A DNA stretch of 64,000 bases from Escherichia coli (GTDB lineage: Bacteria > Pseudomonadota > Gammaproteobacteria > Enterobacterales > Enterobacteriaceae): NCBI RefSeq assembly GCF_041886205.1, contig NZ_CP169029.1. The stretch is one strand, 5' to 3'. The notes under the pieces are model-generated. The model was not told the DNA's origin, did no database searches, and saw only the letters and a program-made list of their open reading frames with translations. The translations under genes and the position numbers were made by a program. This document shows, in pieces, positions 42,187 through 54,723 of this stretch. Position 1 is the first letter of the stretch; each line of letters starts with the position of its first letter.

Positions 42187-44988
42187 TTATTCGACGTTCA
42201 GCGCGTCATTAACCAGATCTTGTTGCTGTTTCTGGTGAACGGACATATACCCTACCGCCGGAGAGGCGGAGGCCGGGCGGCCTGCATAACGCAGAGAAGC
42301 CCCAAACGGAATCACTTCACGGAAATGATGCTGGCTGCAGTACCATGCGCCCTGGTTGAGCGGCTCTTCCTGGCACCAGACAAAATCCTTGACGTGAGCA
42401 AACTGCTGCAACACTTCCTGCATCGCTTTATGCGGGAACGGGTAGAGTTGCTCGATACGCACAATGGCGACATCGTGTTGATTGTTCTTACGGCGTTGTT
42501 CCAGCAGGTCGTAATAAACCTTACCAGAACACATCACTACGCGCTTCACGCCCTTCGGATCAAGCTCGTCGATTTCACCGATGGCTGGCAGGAAGGTGCC
42601 GTTCGCCAGTTCTTCGAGGCTGGAAACCGCCAGCGGATGACGCAGCAGGGATTTCGGCGACATCACGACCAGCGGACGACGCATCCCGCGCAGCGCCTGA
42701 CGACGCAGCATGTGGTAAACCTGTGCCGGGGTAGACGGTACGCACACCTGCATGTTTTGCTCAGCACAAAGTTGCAGATAACGTTCCAGACGCGCGGAGG
42801 AGTGCTCCGGCCCCTGCCCTTCGTAACCGTGCGGCAGCAACATCACCAGACCACACATCCGGCCCCATTTCTGTTCGCCAGAGGAGATGAACTGGTCGAT
42901 AACCACCTGCGCACCGTTGGCGAAGTCACCGAACTGAGCTTCCCAGATAGTCAGAGTGCGTGGTTCTGCGGTGGCATAACCGTATTCAAACGCCAGCACT
43001 GCTTCTTCAGACAGTACGGAGTCCCAGACACGGAATGCGCCCTGCCCGTTATGGATATGTTGCAGCGGCGTGTAAGTGGAACCGTTAGACTGGTTGTGGA
43101 TAACCGCGTGGCGGTGGAAGAAGGTACCGCGACCGGAGTCTTCACCCGACAGGCGAACCGGAATGCCTTCGTCAACCAGCGTGGCGTAAGCGAGGTTTTC
43201 CGCGCCGCCCCAGTCGAACAGTTTCTCACCGGCTGCCATTGCCTGGCGATCGCCATAAATCTTGGCAACGCGAGACTGCATTTCAACCGCTTCCGGCACC
43301 GTGCTGATGCGTTTAGCCAGTTCCTGCAGGCGCTTCATCTCAACTTTGTTCGGGTACTCTTCGTCCCATTCGTGGTTGAGGTACGGCGACCAGGTGAAAG
43401 AGTGCATGTTCATCGGACGCCACTCTGCTACCACGCAATCGCCAGCATCCAGCGCATCGCGGTACAGGTTAACCATCTCGGTGGCATCTTCCAGCGTCGC
43501 CACTTTTTCCTGCTCCAGCTTGTCAGCGTAGATTTTGCGCGGTGTCGGATGTTTTTTGATTTTCTGATACATCAGCGGCTGGGTTGCGCTCGGCTCGTCG
43601 GCTTCGTTGTGGCCGTGACGGCGGTAGCACACCAGGTCGATGAAGACATCACGTTTAAAGGTGTTACGGAAATCGAGCGCCAGACGGGTCACAAAGGCAA
43701 CGGCTTCCGGATCATCCGCGTTAACGTGGAAAATCGGTGCCTGAACCATCTTACCGATATCAGTACAGTACGGTGTAGAACGGGCATCCAGCGGGTTAGA
43801 GGTGGTGAAGCCAACCTGATTGTTGATAACGATACGTACCGTACCGCCAACTTCATAACCACGCGCTTTCGACATGTTCAGAGTTTCCTGAACCACGCCC
43901 TGCCCGGTCACTGCGGCGTCACCGTGGATGGTGATTGGCAGCACTTTGTTGCTGCTCGGCTCATCAAGTCTGTCCAGACGGGCACGAACAGAACCGATAA
44001 CGACCGGGCTTACAATCTCAAGGTGAGACGGGTTAAACGCCAGCGCCAGGTGCACCAGGCCGCCATCGGTCTGGAAGTCAGACGAGAAGCCCATATGGTA
44101 TTTCACGTCACCCGTGCCGAGGTGTTCTTTATGTTTACCGGCAAACTCGTCGAACAAGTCTTGCGGTTTTTTACCCAGCACGTTCACCAGCACGTTCAGA
44201 CGACCACGGTGCGCCATCCCGAGAACCACTTCGCGGGTGCCGCTGTTGCCAGCGTGGCGGATCATCTCTTTAAGCATCGGGATTAACGCGTCACCGCCTT
44301 CCAGCGAGAAGCGTTTTGCGCCAGGGAATTTTGCGCCGAGGTAACGTTCAAGGCCTTCAGCGGCGGTCAGTTCGCTTAAGAAGCGTTTTTTCTCTTCGCT
44401 ATTGAAAGTCGCGCGACCAGACTCGATACGCTGTTGGATCCAGCGTTTTTCTTCGGTGCTGGTAATGTGCATATACTCGGCACCAATCGGGCCGCAGTAG
44501 GTTTGCTTGAGGGCTTCCAGCAGCTCGCCGAGTTTCATGGTTTCTTTGCCGCTGGCAAATGAACCGACGTTGAAGGTCTCCTGGAAGTCTGCTTCGGTCA
44601 GATCGTGGAAAGACGGATCCAGATCGGCCACTTTATCTTGCTGCCACAGTCCCAGCGGATCGAGATTCGCATGCTGGTGACCACGGAAGCGGTATGCGTT
44701 AATGAGCTGCAGGACTTTAACCTGCTTCACATTGGTGTCAGGGTCGGAGATCGTTGAAGAGTAACGTGAAGCGTCTTTCGCCAGGCGGCGGAAATATTCA
44801 CGCGTTTGAGAGTGGAATTGATCCGGTTTGACTCCCGTACCAGGTAACTGCTGGAACGTCGAACGCCAGTTAGCGTCAACCGAGTCAGGATCGGTTAAGA
44901 AGTCTTCATAGAGCTGTTCTATCCAGCTCTGGTTTGCGCCAGAGAGGTAAGAAGAGTCCAACCAGGCTTTCAAAGCGCTGTTCTGCAT
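42187..44988 (-). CDS. sucA: 2-oxoglutarate dehydrogenase E1
   Basis: 933 aa; matches SucA. Confidence 0.95.
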   Translation of the reverse strand: MQNSALKAWLDSSYLSGANQSWIEQLYEDFLTDPDSVDANWRSTFQQLPGTGVKPDQFHSQTREYFRRLAKDASRYSSTISDPDTNVKQVKVLQLINAYRFRGHQHANLDPLGLWQQDKVADLDPSFHDLTEADFQETFNVGSFASGKETMKLGELLEALKQTYCGPIGAEYMHITSTEEKRWIQQRIESGRATFNSEEKKRFLSELTAAEGLERYLGAKFPGAKRFSLEGGDALIPMLKEMIRHAGNSGTREVVLGMAHRGRLNVLVNVLGKKPQDLFDEFAGKHKEHLGTGDVKYHMGFSSDFQTDGGLVHLALAFNPSHLEIVSPVVIGSVRARLDRLDEPSSNKVLPITIHGDAAVTGQGVVQETLNMSKARGYEVGGTVRIVINNQVGFTTSNPLDARSTPYCTDIGKMVQAPIFHVNADDPEAVAFVTRLALDFRNTFKRDVFIDLVCYRRHGHNEADEPSATQPLMYQKIKKHPTPRKIYADKLEQEKVATLEDATEMVNLYRDALDAGDCVVAEWRPMNMHSFTWSPYLNHEWDEEYPNKVEMKRLQELAKRISTVPEAVEMQSRVAKIYGDRQAMAAGEKLFDWGGAENLAYATLVDEGIPVRLSGEDSGRGTFFHRHAVIHNQSNGSTYTPLQHIHNGQGAFRVWDSVLSEEAVLAFEYGYATAEPRTLTIWEAQFGDFANGAQVVIDQFISSGEQKWGRMCGLVMLLPHGYEGQGPEHSSARLERYLQLCAEQNMQVCVPSTPAQVYHMLRRQALRGMRRPLVVMSPKSLLRHPLAVSSLEELANGTFLPAIGEIDELDPKGVKRVVMCSGKVYYDLLEQRRKNNQHDVAIVRIEQLYPFPHKAMQEVLQQFAHVKDFVWCQEEPLNQGAWYCSQHHFREVIPFGASLRYAGRPASASPAVGYMSVHQKQQQDLVNDALNVE

Positions 44989-45165
44989 CGTGATCCCTTA
45001 AGCATCTTTTTTATGCTTACTTCGCCGTGGATACTACCACGCACAGTGATGTGCGTGCCGGGGTTCACTTGCGAGCTCTTGTCTACGTAGTGGCTCGCGA
45101 AGGAACCTTTAAAAACTGTCTTAGTGTCAGGGGCAGTTTTTAAAGATTTCCTGCATTTCTTTGTT

Positions 45166-45288
45166 ACGCCTGATGCGCTGCGCTTATCAGGCCTACGGGT
45201 AATGGCTTGTAGGCCGGATAAGGCGTTCACGCCGCATCCGGCACTGGTTGCCTGATGCGACGCTTGCGCGTCTTATCAGGCCTACGGT
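45166..45288. repeat. REP/BIME cluster between sucA and sdhB
   Basis: Multiple REP units (gcctgatgcg...cttatcaggcctac). Confidence 0.75.
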
Positions 45289-46005
45289 TTACGCATTACG
45301 CTGCAACAACATCGACTTGATATGGCCGATGGCGCGCGTCGGGTTCAGCCCCTTCGGACATACACTGACGCAGTTCATGATGCTGTGACAGCGGAATACG
45401 CTGAATGCATCGCTCAAACCGTCGAGGCGGCTGTCAGTCTCGGTATCACGGCTATCGATCAGGAAACGATATGCCGCTAACAAGCCTGCCGGGCCGATAA
45501 ACTTATCGGGATTCCACCAGAAAGACGGACAAGAGGTTGAACAACATGCGCAGAGAATACATTCATACAGCCCGTCGAGTTTTTCGCGCTGCTCTGGCAT
45601 CTGTAAATGCTCGCGAGCTGGCGGATTTTGTCCATTATTCAACAGGTAAGGCTTAATTTTCTCATATTGCGCATAGAATTGTCCCATGTCTACCACCAAA
45701 TCGCGGATCACCGGTAAACCTGGCAGCGGGCGAATCACAATCTTCTTGCCCGGCTGGTTGAGTGCCGAAATCGGGGTAATACAGGCCAGACCATTCTTGC
45801 CGTTCATGTTCAGACCGTCGGAACCGCACACACCTTCACGACAGGAGCGGCGGAACGACAGGCTGGGATCTTTCTCTTTCAGCTGGATAAGCGCATCCAG
45901 CAGCATCATGTCGCGACCTTCTTCCGCTTCCAGGGTGTAATCCTGCATACGCGGAGCATCATCAACATCCGGGTTATAGCGATAAATTGAAAACTCGAGT
46001 CTCAT
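45289..46005 (-). CDS. sdhB: succinate dehydrogenase iron-sulfur subunit
   Basis: 238 aa with Cys clusters for 2Fe-2S, 4Fe-4S and 3Fe-4S centres. Confidence 0.95.
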   Translation of the reverse strand: MRLEFSIYRYNPDVDDAPRMQDYTLEAEEGRDMMLLDALIQLKEKDPSLSFRRSCREGVCGSDGLNMNGKNGLACITPISALNQPGKKIVIRPLPGLPVIRDLVVDMGQFYAQYEKIKPYLLNNGQNPPAREHLQMPEQREKLDGLYECILCACCSTSCPSFWWNPDKFIGPAGLLAAYRFLIDSRDTETDSRLDGLSDAFSVFRCHSIMNCVSVCPKGLNPTRAIGHIKSMLLQRNA

Positions 46006-46020
46006 TTTCCTGTCTCCGCA

Positions 46021-47787
46021 TTAGTAAGTACGAATCTTCGGCGGGAATGCCGGGCGCAGTTTCGGTTCCATGTTGACGCTTCGGCGCGTCATGGATTCCG
46101 ACTCAGGCAGATACAGGGAGTGGCACAGCCAGTTTTCATCATCACGATCCGGGAAGTCGAAGCGGCTATGTGCGCCACGGCTTTCGGTACGGAAGTTGGC
46201 AGAAACAGCCGTTGCATACGCCGTTTCCATCAGGTTATCCAGTTCCAGGCACTCAACGCGCTGGGTGTTGAACTCGCTGGAAGTGTCATCCAGACGGGCA
46301 TTTTTCAGACGTTCGCGGATCACTTTCAACTGCTCAAGCCCTTTCGCCATCGCATCACCTTCACGGAAGACCGAGAAGTTATGCTGCATACATTCTTGCA
46401 GCGCTTTACGAATCGCCACCGGATCTTCACCGTTACGATTATTGTTCCAGCGGTTCAGACGATCCAGAGACGCTTCTACATCAGACTCGCTGGCATCGCG
46501 CAATGCGCCCTGCTCGGCGATAGACTCTTGCAGATGCAGACCTGCCGCACGACCAAAGACCACCAGGTCCAGCAGCGAGTTGCCGCCCAGACGGTTAGCG
46601 CCGTGTACCGATACACAAGCGATTTCACCAACGGCAAACAGCCCCGGAACAACCACATCTTCGCCTTTCTCGTTCACCGTCAGCGCCTGACCGGTCACTT
46701 TGGTCGGAATACCGCCCATCATGTAGTGACAGGTTGGGATAACCGGAATCGGCTCTTTCACCGGATCGACGTGAGCGAAGGTACGGGAGAGTTCCAGGAT
46801 ACCCGGCAGGCGGGATTCGAGAACTTCTTTACCCAGGTGGTCGAGTTTCAGTTTCGCGTGTGGCCCCCACGGACCATCACAGCCGCGACCTTCACGGATT
46901 TCGATCATGATGGAACGCGCCACCACATCACGGCCCGCCAGGTCTTTGGCGTTCGGCGCATAACGCTCCATAAAGCGTTCGCCATGTTTGTTCAGCAGAT
47001 AACCGCCTTCACCACGGCAACCTTCGGTGACCAGTACGCCCGCACCGGCAATACCGGTCGGGTGGAACTGCCACATTTCCATATCCTGCACCGGTACGCC
47101 TGCGCGGATAGCCATGCCGACGCCGTCGCCAGTGTTAATGTGGGCGTTAGTGGTGGACTGATAAATACGCCCTGCCCCGCCAGTCGCCAGCACGGTAGCG
47201 CGGGCTTTGAAATAAACCACTTCACCAGTTTCGATGCACAGTGCAGTACAACCCACCACCGCGCCATCCTGGTTCTTCACCAGATCCAGCGCATACCACT
47301 CGGAGAAAATGGTGGTGTGGTTTTTCAGGTTCTGCTGATAAAGCGTGTGCAACAGTGCGTGACCGGTACGGTCAGCCGCCGCCGCAGTGCGTGCCGCCTG
47401 CTCGCCGCCGAAGTTTTTCGACTGACCGCCAAACGGACGTTGATAGATACGACCATCATCAAGACGCGAGAACGGCAGGCCCATGTGTTCGAGTTCCAGA
47501 ATCGCTTCCGGCCCGGTTTTACACATATATTCAATCGCGTCCTGGTCACCGATATAGTCCGACCCTTTTACGGTGTCGTACATATGCCATTCCCAGTTAT
47601 CTTCATGGGTATTACCCAGCGCAACGGTAATGCCGCCTTGCGCAGAAACGGTATGGGAACGGGTCGGGAAGACTTTAGAGAGCAGCGCACAGGTCTGGCC
47701 GCTCTGGGAAATTTGCAGCGCCGCGCGCATACCTGCGCCGCCGGCACCAATCACAACTGCATCAAATTCTCTGACTGGCAATTTCAT
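46021..47787 (-). CDS. sdhA: succinate dehydrogenase flavoprotein subunit
   Basis: 588 aa from [19 protein letters not shown]; start trimmed from the ORF-track start. Confidence 0.95.
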   Translation of the reverse strand: MKLPVREFDAVVIGAGGAGMRAALQISQSGQTCALLSKVFPTRSHTVSAQGGITVALGNTHEDNWEWHMYDTVKGSDYIGDQDAIEYMCKTGPEAILELEHMGLPFSRLDDGRIYQRPFGGQSKNFGGEQAARTAAAADRTGHALLHTLYQQNLKNHTTIFSEWYALDLVKNQDGAVVGCTALCIETGEVVYFKARATVLATGGAGRIYQSTTNAHINTGDGVGMAIRAGVPVQDMEMWQFHPTGIAGAGVLVTEGCRGEGGYLLNKHGERFMERYAPNAKDLAGRDVVARSIMIEIREGRGCDGPWGPHAKLKLDHLGKEVLESRLPGILELSRTFAHVDPVKEPIPVIPTCHYMMGGIPTKVTGQALTVNEKGEDVVVPGLFAVGEIACVSVHGANRLGGNSLLDLVVFGRAAGLHLQESIAEQGALRDASESDVEASLDRLNRWNNNRNGEDPVAIRKALQECMQHNFSVFREGDAMAKGLEQLKVIRERLKNARLDDTSSEFNTQRVECLELDNLMETAYATAVSANFRTESRGAHSRFDFPDRDDENWLCHSLYLPESESMTRRSVNMEPKLRPAFPPKIRTY

Positions 47788-48134
47788 CACACACCCCACA
47801 CCACAACGAATCCATAAATCACGTAAACCACCAGTGCAACGACAATCACCAGTTGCAGCATCAGGCGCAAAGCCAGCGGTTTAACGTAGTCGGTCAACAC
47901 CTGCCACATGCCGATCCAGGCATGGATCAAGATAGAAAACAGCGCCAGCAGGGTGAACACTTTGGTAAACGCAGAGGCGAAGAAACCGATCCAGACTTCA
48001 TATGTCAGCTCGCCACTGGTAGCGAAAAAACCGACCATATAAATGATGTAGAGCGTCAGGACGATAGCGGTAGCGCGAACGAGGATGAAATCATGTACGC
48101 CATTGCGTCCTAATGCGGAGGCGTTGCTTACCAT
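47787..48134 (-). CDS. sdhD: succinate dehydrogenase membrane anchor subunit
   Basis: 115 aa; matches SdhD. Confidence 0.93.
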
Positions 48135-48517
48135 ATGAGGACTCCTGCGAGAAGTGAAAGCACGACAGTAATAACAAAGGAGATTTTGGCGGAGCGTTTA
48201 CCCGCTTCGAATGTTTCTTCCAGATAGCCAAAATCCATCATCATGTGGCGAATACCTACGACGACGTGATACGCCAGAGCGGTAAGGATGCCCCACATGA
48301 TAAATTTGACGAAGAAGCTGCCCATAATCGCGGAAGCTTGCTCGAAACCTTCAGGGGAAGAGAGGCTGGTACCCAGAAGCCACAGCAGGATGCCCACTGC
48401 AACAAAGGTGATCACACCGGAAACGCGATGGAGAATGGACGCTATCGCCGTGATGGGGAACCGGATGGTCTGTAGGTCCAGATTAACAGGTCTTTGTTTT
48501 TTCACATTTCTTATCAT
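48128..48517 (-). CDS. sdhC: succinate dehydrogenase cytochrome b556 subunit
   Basis: 129 aa from [15 protein letters not shown]; start trimmed by 5 codons from the ORF-track start. Confidence 0.92.
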
Positions 48518-49225
48518 GAATAACGCCCACATGCTGTTCTTATTATTCCCTGGGGACTACGGGCACAGAGGTTAACTTTCTGTTACCTGGAGACGTCGGG
48601 ATTTCCTTCCTCCGGTCTGCTTGCGGGTCAGACAGCGTCCTTTCTATAACTGCGCGTCATGCAAAACACTGCTTCCAGATGCGAAAACGACACGTTACAA
48701 CGCTGGGTGGCTCGGGATTGCAGGGTGTTCCGGAGACCTGGCGGCAGTATAGGCCGTTCACAAAATCATTACAATTAACCTACATATAGTTTGTCGGGTT
48801 TTATCCTGAACAGTGATCCAGGTCACGATAACAACATTTATTTAATTTTTAATCATCTAATTTGACAATCATTCAACAAAGTTGTTACAAACATTACCAG
48901 GAAAAGCATATAATGCGTAAAAGTTATGAAGTCGGTATTTCACCTAAGATTAACTTATGTAACAGTGTGGAAGTATTGACCAATTCATTCGGGACAGTTA
49001 TTAGTGGTAGACAAGTTTAATAATTCGGATTGCTAAGTACTTGATTCGCCATTTATTCGTCATCAATGGATCCTTTACCTGCAAGCGCCCAGAGCTCTGT
49101 ACCCAGGTTTTCCCCTCTTTCACAGAGCGGCGAGCCAAATAAAAAACGGGTAAAGCCAGGTTGATGTGCGAAGGCAAATTTAAGTTCCGGCAGTCTTACG
49201 CAATAAGGCGCTAAGGAGACCTTAA

Positions 49226-50509
49226 ATGGCTGATACAAAAGCAAAACTCACCCTCAACGGGGACACAGCTGTTGAACTGGATGTGCTGAAAGGCACGCTG
49301 GGTCAAGATGTTATTGATATCCGTACTCTCGGCTCAAAAGGTGTGTTCACCTTTGACCCAGGCTTCACTTCAACCGCATCCTGCGAATCTAAAATTACTT
49401 TTATTGATGGTGATGAAGGTATTTTGCTGCACCGCGGTTTCCCGATCGATCAGCTGGCGACCGATTCTAACTACCTGGAAGTTTGTTACATCCTGCTGAA
49501 TGGTGAAAAACCGACTCAGGAACAGTATGACGAATTTAAAACTACGGTGACCCGTCATACCATGATCCACGAGCAGATTACCCGTCTGTTCCATGCTTTC
49601 CGTCGCGACTCGCATCCAATGGCAGTCATGTGTGGTATTACCGGCGCGCTGGCGGCGTTCTATCACGACTCGCTGGATGTTAACAATCCTCGTCACCGTG
49701 AAATTGCCGCGTTCCGCCTGTTGTCGAAAATGCCGACCATGGCCGCGATGTGTTACAAGTATTCCATTGGTCAGCCATTTGTTTACCCGCGCAACGATCT
49801 CTCCTACGCCGGTAACTTCCTGAATATGATGTTCTCTACGCCGTGCGAACCGTATGAAGTTAATCCGATTCTGGAACGTGCTATGGACCGTATTCTGATC
49901 CTGCACGCTGACCATGAACAGAACGCCTCCACCTCCACCGTGCGTACCGCTGGCTCTTCGGGTGCGAACCCATTTGCCTGTATCGCAGCAGGTATTGCTT
50001 CACTGTGGGGACCTGCGCACGGTGGTGCTAACGAAGCAGCGCTGAAAATGCTGGAAGAAATCAGCTCCGTTAAACACATTCCGGAATTTGTTCGTCGTGC
50101 GAAAGATAAAAATGATTCTTTCCGCCTGATGGGCTTCGGTCACCGCGTATACAAAAATTACGACCCGCGCGCCACCGTAATGCGTGAAACCTGCCATGAA
50201 GTTCTGAAAGAGTTGGGCACGAAAGATGACCTGCTGGAAGTGGCTATGGAACTGGAAAACATCGCGCTGAACGACCCGTACTTTATCGAGAAGAAACTGT
50301 ACCCGAACGTCGATTTCTACTCTGGTATCATCCTGAAAGCGATGGGTATTCCGTCTTCCATGTTCACCGTCATTTTCGCAATGGCACGTACCGTTGGCTG
50401 GATCGCCCACTGGAGCGAAATGCACAGTGACGGTATGAAGATTGCCCGTCCGCGTCAGCTGTATACAGGATATGAAAAACGCGACTTTAAAAGCGATATC
50501 AAGCGTTAA
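49226..50509 (+). CDS. gltA: citrate synthase
   Basis: 427 aa; matches GltA; divergent from sdhC across a ~700 bp regulatory region. Confidence 0.95.
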   Translation: MADTKAKLTLNGDTAVELDVLKGTLGQDVIDIRTLGSKGVFTFDPGFTSTASCESKITFIDGDEGILLHRGFPIDQLATDSNYLEVCYILLNGEKPTQEQYDEFKTTVTRHTMIHEQITRLFHAFRRDSHPMAVMCGITGALAAFYHDSLDVNNPRHREIAAFRLLSKMPTMAAMCYKYSIGQPFVYPRNDLSYAGNFLNMMFSTPCEPYEVNPILERAMDRILILHADHEQNASTSTVRTAGSSGANPFACIAAGIASLWGPAHGGANEAALKMLEEISSVKHIPEFVRRAKDKNDSFRLMGFGHRVYKNYDPRATVMRETCHEVLKELGTKDDLLEVAMELENIALNDPYFIEKKLYPNVDFYSGIILKAMGIPSSMFTVIFAMARTVGWIAHWSEMHSDGMKIARPRQLYTGYEKRDFKSDIKR

Positions 50510-50537
50510 TGGTTGATTGCTAAGTAGTAAATATTTT

Positions 50538-50568
50538 AACCCGCCATTCATATGGCGGGTTGATTTTT
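50538..50568 (+). terminator. rho-independent terminator of gltA
   Basis: aacccgcca...tggcgggtt hairpin followed by T tract. Confidence 0.7.
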
Positions 50569-50900
50569 ATATGCCTAAACACAAAAAATTGTAAAAATAA
50601 AATCCACTATCGGATATTCATATATTCTAAAAAAATATATATCGGTATAAATTATAAACAAATCGATGGCTTTTAATCACCTATGTTCCTCTCAGTCACA
50701 TGAATAAACCACCAAATATAGCGCTTCCCTATAATTTCCAATGTTTTATTCATTAAACAATTAATTCATGTAATCAATTAATTACTTTTACATTTAATAA
50801 AATTAATAATATTTTTAAGAAAAACTAAAAACATTCGACAATTAAATAAGATATTCTTGCACCGATATACCTTTTTTCTTTTCTGTTAAAGGACTCAGTT

Positions 50901-51467
50901 ATGTTTAAAGGACAAAAAACATTGGCCGCACTGGCCGTATCTCTGCTGTTCACTGCACCTGTTTATGCAGCTGATGAAGGATCCGGTGAAATTCACTTTA
51001 AAGGTGAGGTTATTGAAGCGCCTTGTGAAATACATCAGGATGATATTGATAAAGAAGTTGAACTTGGTCAGGTGACCACCAGCCACATTAATCAGTCACA
51101 TCACAGCGATGCCGTTGCTGTCGACCTGCGCTTAGTCAACTGCGATCTGGAAAACTCCAGCAACGGTTCCGGTGGCAAGATTTCTAAAGTTGCAGTCACC
51201 TTTGATAGCTCAGCGAAAACAACCGGCGCAGATCCGATTCTCAACAACACCAGCACGGGTGAAGCCACCGGCGTCGGCGTGCGTTTATTGAATAAAAATC
51301 AAACCAATATCGTTTTAGGCACCGCTGCTCCTGACATCGACCTGGCACCGACCTCCAGCGAACAAACGCTGAATTTCTTTGCCTGGATGGAACAAATTGA
51401 TCAGGCAACACCTGTAACGCCAGGCGCAGTTACAGCGAATGCGACCTACGTGCTGGATTATAAATAA
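50901..51467 (+). CDS. ybgD: fimbrial major subunit-like protein
   Basis: 188 aa with signal peptide and fimbrial subunit fold; first gene of the chaperone-usher operon. Confidence 0.85.
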   Translation: MFKGQKTLAALAVSLLFTAPVYAADEGSGEIHFKGEVIEAPCEIHQDDIDKEVELGQVTTSHINQSHHSDAVAVDLRLVNCDLENSSNGSGGKISKVAVTFDSSAKTTGADPILNNTSTGEATGVGVRLLNKNQTNIVLGTAAPDIDLAPTSSEQTLNFFAWMEQIDQATPVTPGAVTANATYVLDYK

Positions 51468-51475
51468 GTATTACT

Positions 51476-53977
51476 TTGGCGGCGCTATCGCCGCCTTTCC
51501 TCAAATATTTATCAGGTATGGACACCGTGAATATTTATCGACTCTCTTTTGTATCCTGCCTGGTCATGGCGATGCCTTCCGCATTGGCGGTCGAATTCAA
51601 CCTGAATGTTCTCGATAAATCGATGCGCGATCGTATTGATATATCATTATTAAAGGAAAAAGGTGTCATTGCTCCAGGCGAATATTTTGTTAGCGTTGCG
51701 GTAAATAATAACCAAATCAGTAACGGGCAAAAGATTAACTGGCACAAAAATGACGATAAAACCATTCCATGCATCAATGATTTACTGGTCGATAAATTTG
51801 GCTTAAAACCTGAAGTCCGTCAGTCGTTACCATTGATAAATCAGTGCGTCGATTTTAGCTCCCGACCTGAAATGCTCTTCAATTTTGATCAGGCCAGTCA
51901 GCAACTAAATATCACCATTCCGCAGGCCTGGCTGGCGTGGCACTCAGATAACTGGCCCCCACCCTCCACATGGAAAGAAGGTGTCGCCGGTGTCCTGATG
52001 GATTACAACTTGTTTGCCAGCAGCTACCGCCCACAGGATGGCAGCAGCAGCACTAATCTTAACGCCTATGGAACAGCCGGAATCAACACGGGGGCATGGC
52101 GCTTACGCAGTGATTATCAGTTGAATCAGACTGATAGCGATGATAACCATGAACAGTCAGGCGAAATATCACGCACCTATCTTTTTCGCCCGTTACCGCA
52201 ATTAGGTTCAAAATTAACCCTCGGCGAAACGGATTTTAGTTCCAATATTTTCGACGGTTTTTCTTATACCGGCGCGGCACTGGCAAGTGACGATCGAATG
52301 TTGCCATGGGAACTACGCGGCTACGCCCCACAAATTAGCGGTATTGCACAGACCAATGCCACGGTGACGATCAGTCAATCAGGCCGCGTCATTTACCAGA
52401 AAAAAGTCCCACCAGGCCCATTTATCATTGACGACCTTAATCAGTCCGTCCAGGGGACGCTGGATGTCAAAGTGACGGAAGAAGATGGTCGGGTGAACAA
52501 TTTCCAGGTTTCGGCAGCATCGACGCCCTTTCTGACTCGCCAGGGACAGGTGCGCTATAAACTGGCCGCGGGTCAGCCACGGCCCTCCATGTCACATCAA
52601 ACTGAAAATGAAACCTTTTTTAGCAATGAAGTTTCCTGGGGGATGCTCTCAAACACCTCGCTGTACGGCGGCCTGCTGCTTTCTGGTGATGACTACCATT
52701 CTGCCGCAATAGGTATCGGGCAAAATATGCTGTGGCTTGGCGCGCTGTCGTTTGATGTCACGTGGGCCAGTAGTCACTTTGATACTCAGCAGGACGAGCG
52801 GGGCTTAAGCTACCGTTTTAATTACAGCAAACAAGTGGATGCCACCAACAGCACGATTTCGCTCGCCGCTTATCGTTTCTCCGATCGTCATTTTCACAGC
52901 TACGCCAACTATCTTGATCACAAATACAACGACAACGATGCGCAGGACGAAAAACAGACGATCAGCTTATCCGTGGGCCAACCGATTACCCCACTAAACC
53001 TCAATCTTTACGCCAACCTGCTGCATCAAACCTGGTGGAATGCAGACGCCTCCACGACCGCTAACATCACGGCGGGTTTTAATGTTGATATTGGTGACTG
53101 GAGAGATATCTCGATCTCAACGTCATTCAATACGACCCATTACGAAGATAAAGAGCGCGACAACCAGATTTACCTGTCGATTTCGCTCCCCTTCGGTAAC
53201 GGTGGTCGGGTTGGCTATGACATGCAAAACAGTAGCCACAGCACCACACACCGCATGTCGTGGAACGACACGCTGGATGAACGTAATAGCTGGGGCATGT
53301 CTGCCGGACTGCAATCCGACCGTCCGGACAATGGAGCCCAGGTGAGCGGTAACTATCAGCATCTGAGTTCAGCGGGTGAGTGGGATATTTCTGGTACCTA
53401 TGCCGCCAATGATTACAGTTCCGTCAGCAGCAGCTGGAGCGGTTCTTTCACCGCAACCCAATATGGTGCAGCGTTTCATCGCCGCAGCTCCACCAATGAA
53501 CCACGCCTGATGGTCAGCACCGATGGCGTGGCAGATATTCCGGTTCAGGGCAATCTCGACTACACCAACCATTTTGGTATTGCGGTGGTTCCATTGATTT
53601 CCAGTTACCAGCCTTCCACCGTGGCGGTCAACATGAATGACTTACCCGACGGCGTAACAGTTGCAGAAAACGTTATCAAAGAAACGTGGATTGAAGGCGC
53701 GATAGGTTACAAATCACTGGCTTCCCGTTCCGGTAAAGACGTTAACGTCATCATTCGCAACGTCAGCGGTCAGTTCCCTCCCCTCGGTGCGGATATCCGC
53801 CAGCATGACAGCGGCATTAGCGTGGGAATGGTTGGCGAGGAAGGACACGCCTGGTTAAGCGGAGTCGCTGAAAATCAAAAATTTACCGTGGTCTGGGGTG
53901 ATAGCCAGCGTTGCTCGATCCATCTTCCTGAACATATGGAAGACACCGCAAATCGCCTGATTTTACCTTGTCATTAA
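51476..53977 (+). CDS. ybgQ: fimbrial outer-membrane usher
   Basis: About 815-833 aa usher; true start probably a few codons inside the ORF-track start (near 51518-51527). Confidence 0.85.
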   Translation: MAALSPPFLKYLSGMDTVNIYRLSFVSCLVMAMPSALAVEFNLNVLDKSMRDRIDISLLKEKGVIAPGEYFVSVAVNNNQISNGQKINWHKNDDKTIPCINDLLVDKFGLKPEVRQSLPLINQCVDFSSRPEMLFNFDQASQQLNITIPQAWLAWHSDNWPPPSTWKEGVAGVLMDYNLFASSYRPQDGSSSTNLNAYGTAGINTGAWRLRSDYQLNQTDSDDNHEQSGEISRTYLFRPLPQLGSKLTLGETDFSSNIFDGFSYTGAALASDDRMLPWELRGYAPQISGIAQTNATVTISQSGRVIYQKKVPPGPFIIDDLNQSVQGTLDVKVTEEDGRVNNFQVSAASTPFLTRQGQVRYKLAAGQPRPSMSHQTENETFFSNEVSWGMLSNTSLYGGLLLSGDDYHSAAIGIGQNMLWLGALSFDVTWASSHFDTQQDERGLSYRFNYSKQVDATNSTISLAAYRFSDRHFHSYANYLDHKYNDNDAQDEKQTISLSVGQPITPLNLNLYANLLHQTWWNADASTTANITAGFNVDIGDWRDISISTSFNTTHYEDKERDNQIYLSISLPFGNGGRVGYDMQNSSHSTTHRMSWNDTLDERNSWGMSAGLQSDRPDNGAQVSGNYQHLSSAGEWDISGTYAANDYSSVSSSWSGSFTATQYGAAFHRRSSTNEPRLMVSTDGVADIPVQGNLDYTNHFGIAVVPLISSYQPSTVAVNMNDLPDGVTVAENVIKETWIEGAIGYKSLASRSGKDVNVIIRNVSGQFPPLGADIRQHDSGISVGMVGEEGHAWLSGVAENQKFTVVWGDSQRCSIHLPEHMEDTANRLILPCH

Positions 53978-54723
53978 TTAAGGAAATGAAAATGACATTT
54001 ATGAAAGGACTTTCCCTTTTGTTGTTGGTTGCCAGTCTGTGCAGCCACGCTGCACTACAACCCGATCGCACTCGTATTGTGTTCAACGCTAATGATAAAG
54101 CTACCAGTCTGCGAGTAGATAATCGTAGCGATAAACTCCCCTACCTCGCTTATTCCTGGCTCGAAAATGAAAAAGGGGAGAAAAGCGACGATCTTCTGGT
54201 CGCCCTGCCACCGATACAACGTCTGGAACCGAAAGCAACAACGCAGGTGCGGATAGTCAAGCAAGCGTCGACCGCGAAATTACCAGGCGATCGCGAAACG
54301 CTATTTTTCTACAATATACGTGAAGTTCCTCCCGCCCCGGAAAAAAACAGCGACCATGCCGTTTTGCAAGTCGCCATCCAGAGTCGTATCAAGGTGTTCT
54401 GGAGACCGTCCGCGTTACGCAAGAAAGCAGGAGAAAAGGTCGAACTGCAGCTGCAAGTCAGCCAGCAGGGCAACCAACTTAGCTTAAAAAACCCGACCGG
54501 TTATTATCTGACAATCGCCTACCTGGGCCGAAATGAGCAAGGCGTTCTCCCGGGTTTCAAAACTGTAATGATTGCGCCTTTTAGTACAGTCAGCACAAAC
54601 ACCGGAAGCTATAGCGGCAGCCAATTTTATCTCGGTTATATGGATGATTACGGCGCGTTACGCATGACAACGCTCAACTGCAGCGGACAATGCCGTTTAC
54701 AAGCAGTGGAGGCGAAGAAATGA
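53968..54723 (+). CDS. ybgP: fimbrial periplasmic chaperone
   Basis: PapD-like chaperone; true start probably near 53992; overlaps usher stop. Confidence 0.85.
   Translation: MSLIKEMKMTFMKGLSLLLLVASLCSHAALQPDRTRIVFNANDKATSLRVDNRSDKLPYLAYSWLENEKGEKSDDLLVALPPIQRLEPKATTQVRIVKQASTAKLPGDRETLFFYNIREVPPAPEKNSDHAVLQVAIQSRIKVFWRPSALRKKAGEKVELQLQVSQQGNQLSLKNPTGYYLTIAYLGRNEQGVLPGFKTVMIAPFSTVSTNTGSYSGSQFYLGYMDDYGALRMTTLNCSGQCRLQAVEAKK

Noticed and set aside
41974-44286. 770 aa plus-strand ORF
   Set aside because: Entirely antisense to sucA, whose product is unambiguous; stop-codon-poor antisense frame of a GC-rich gene.
46120-47817. 565 aa plus-strand ORF (also 46070-46690, 206 aa)
   Set aside because: Antisense to sdhA; no independent support.
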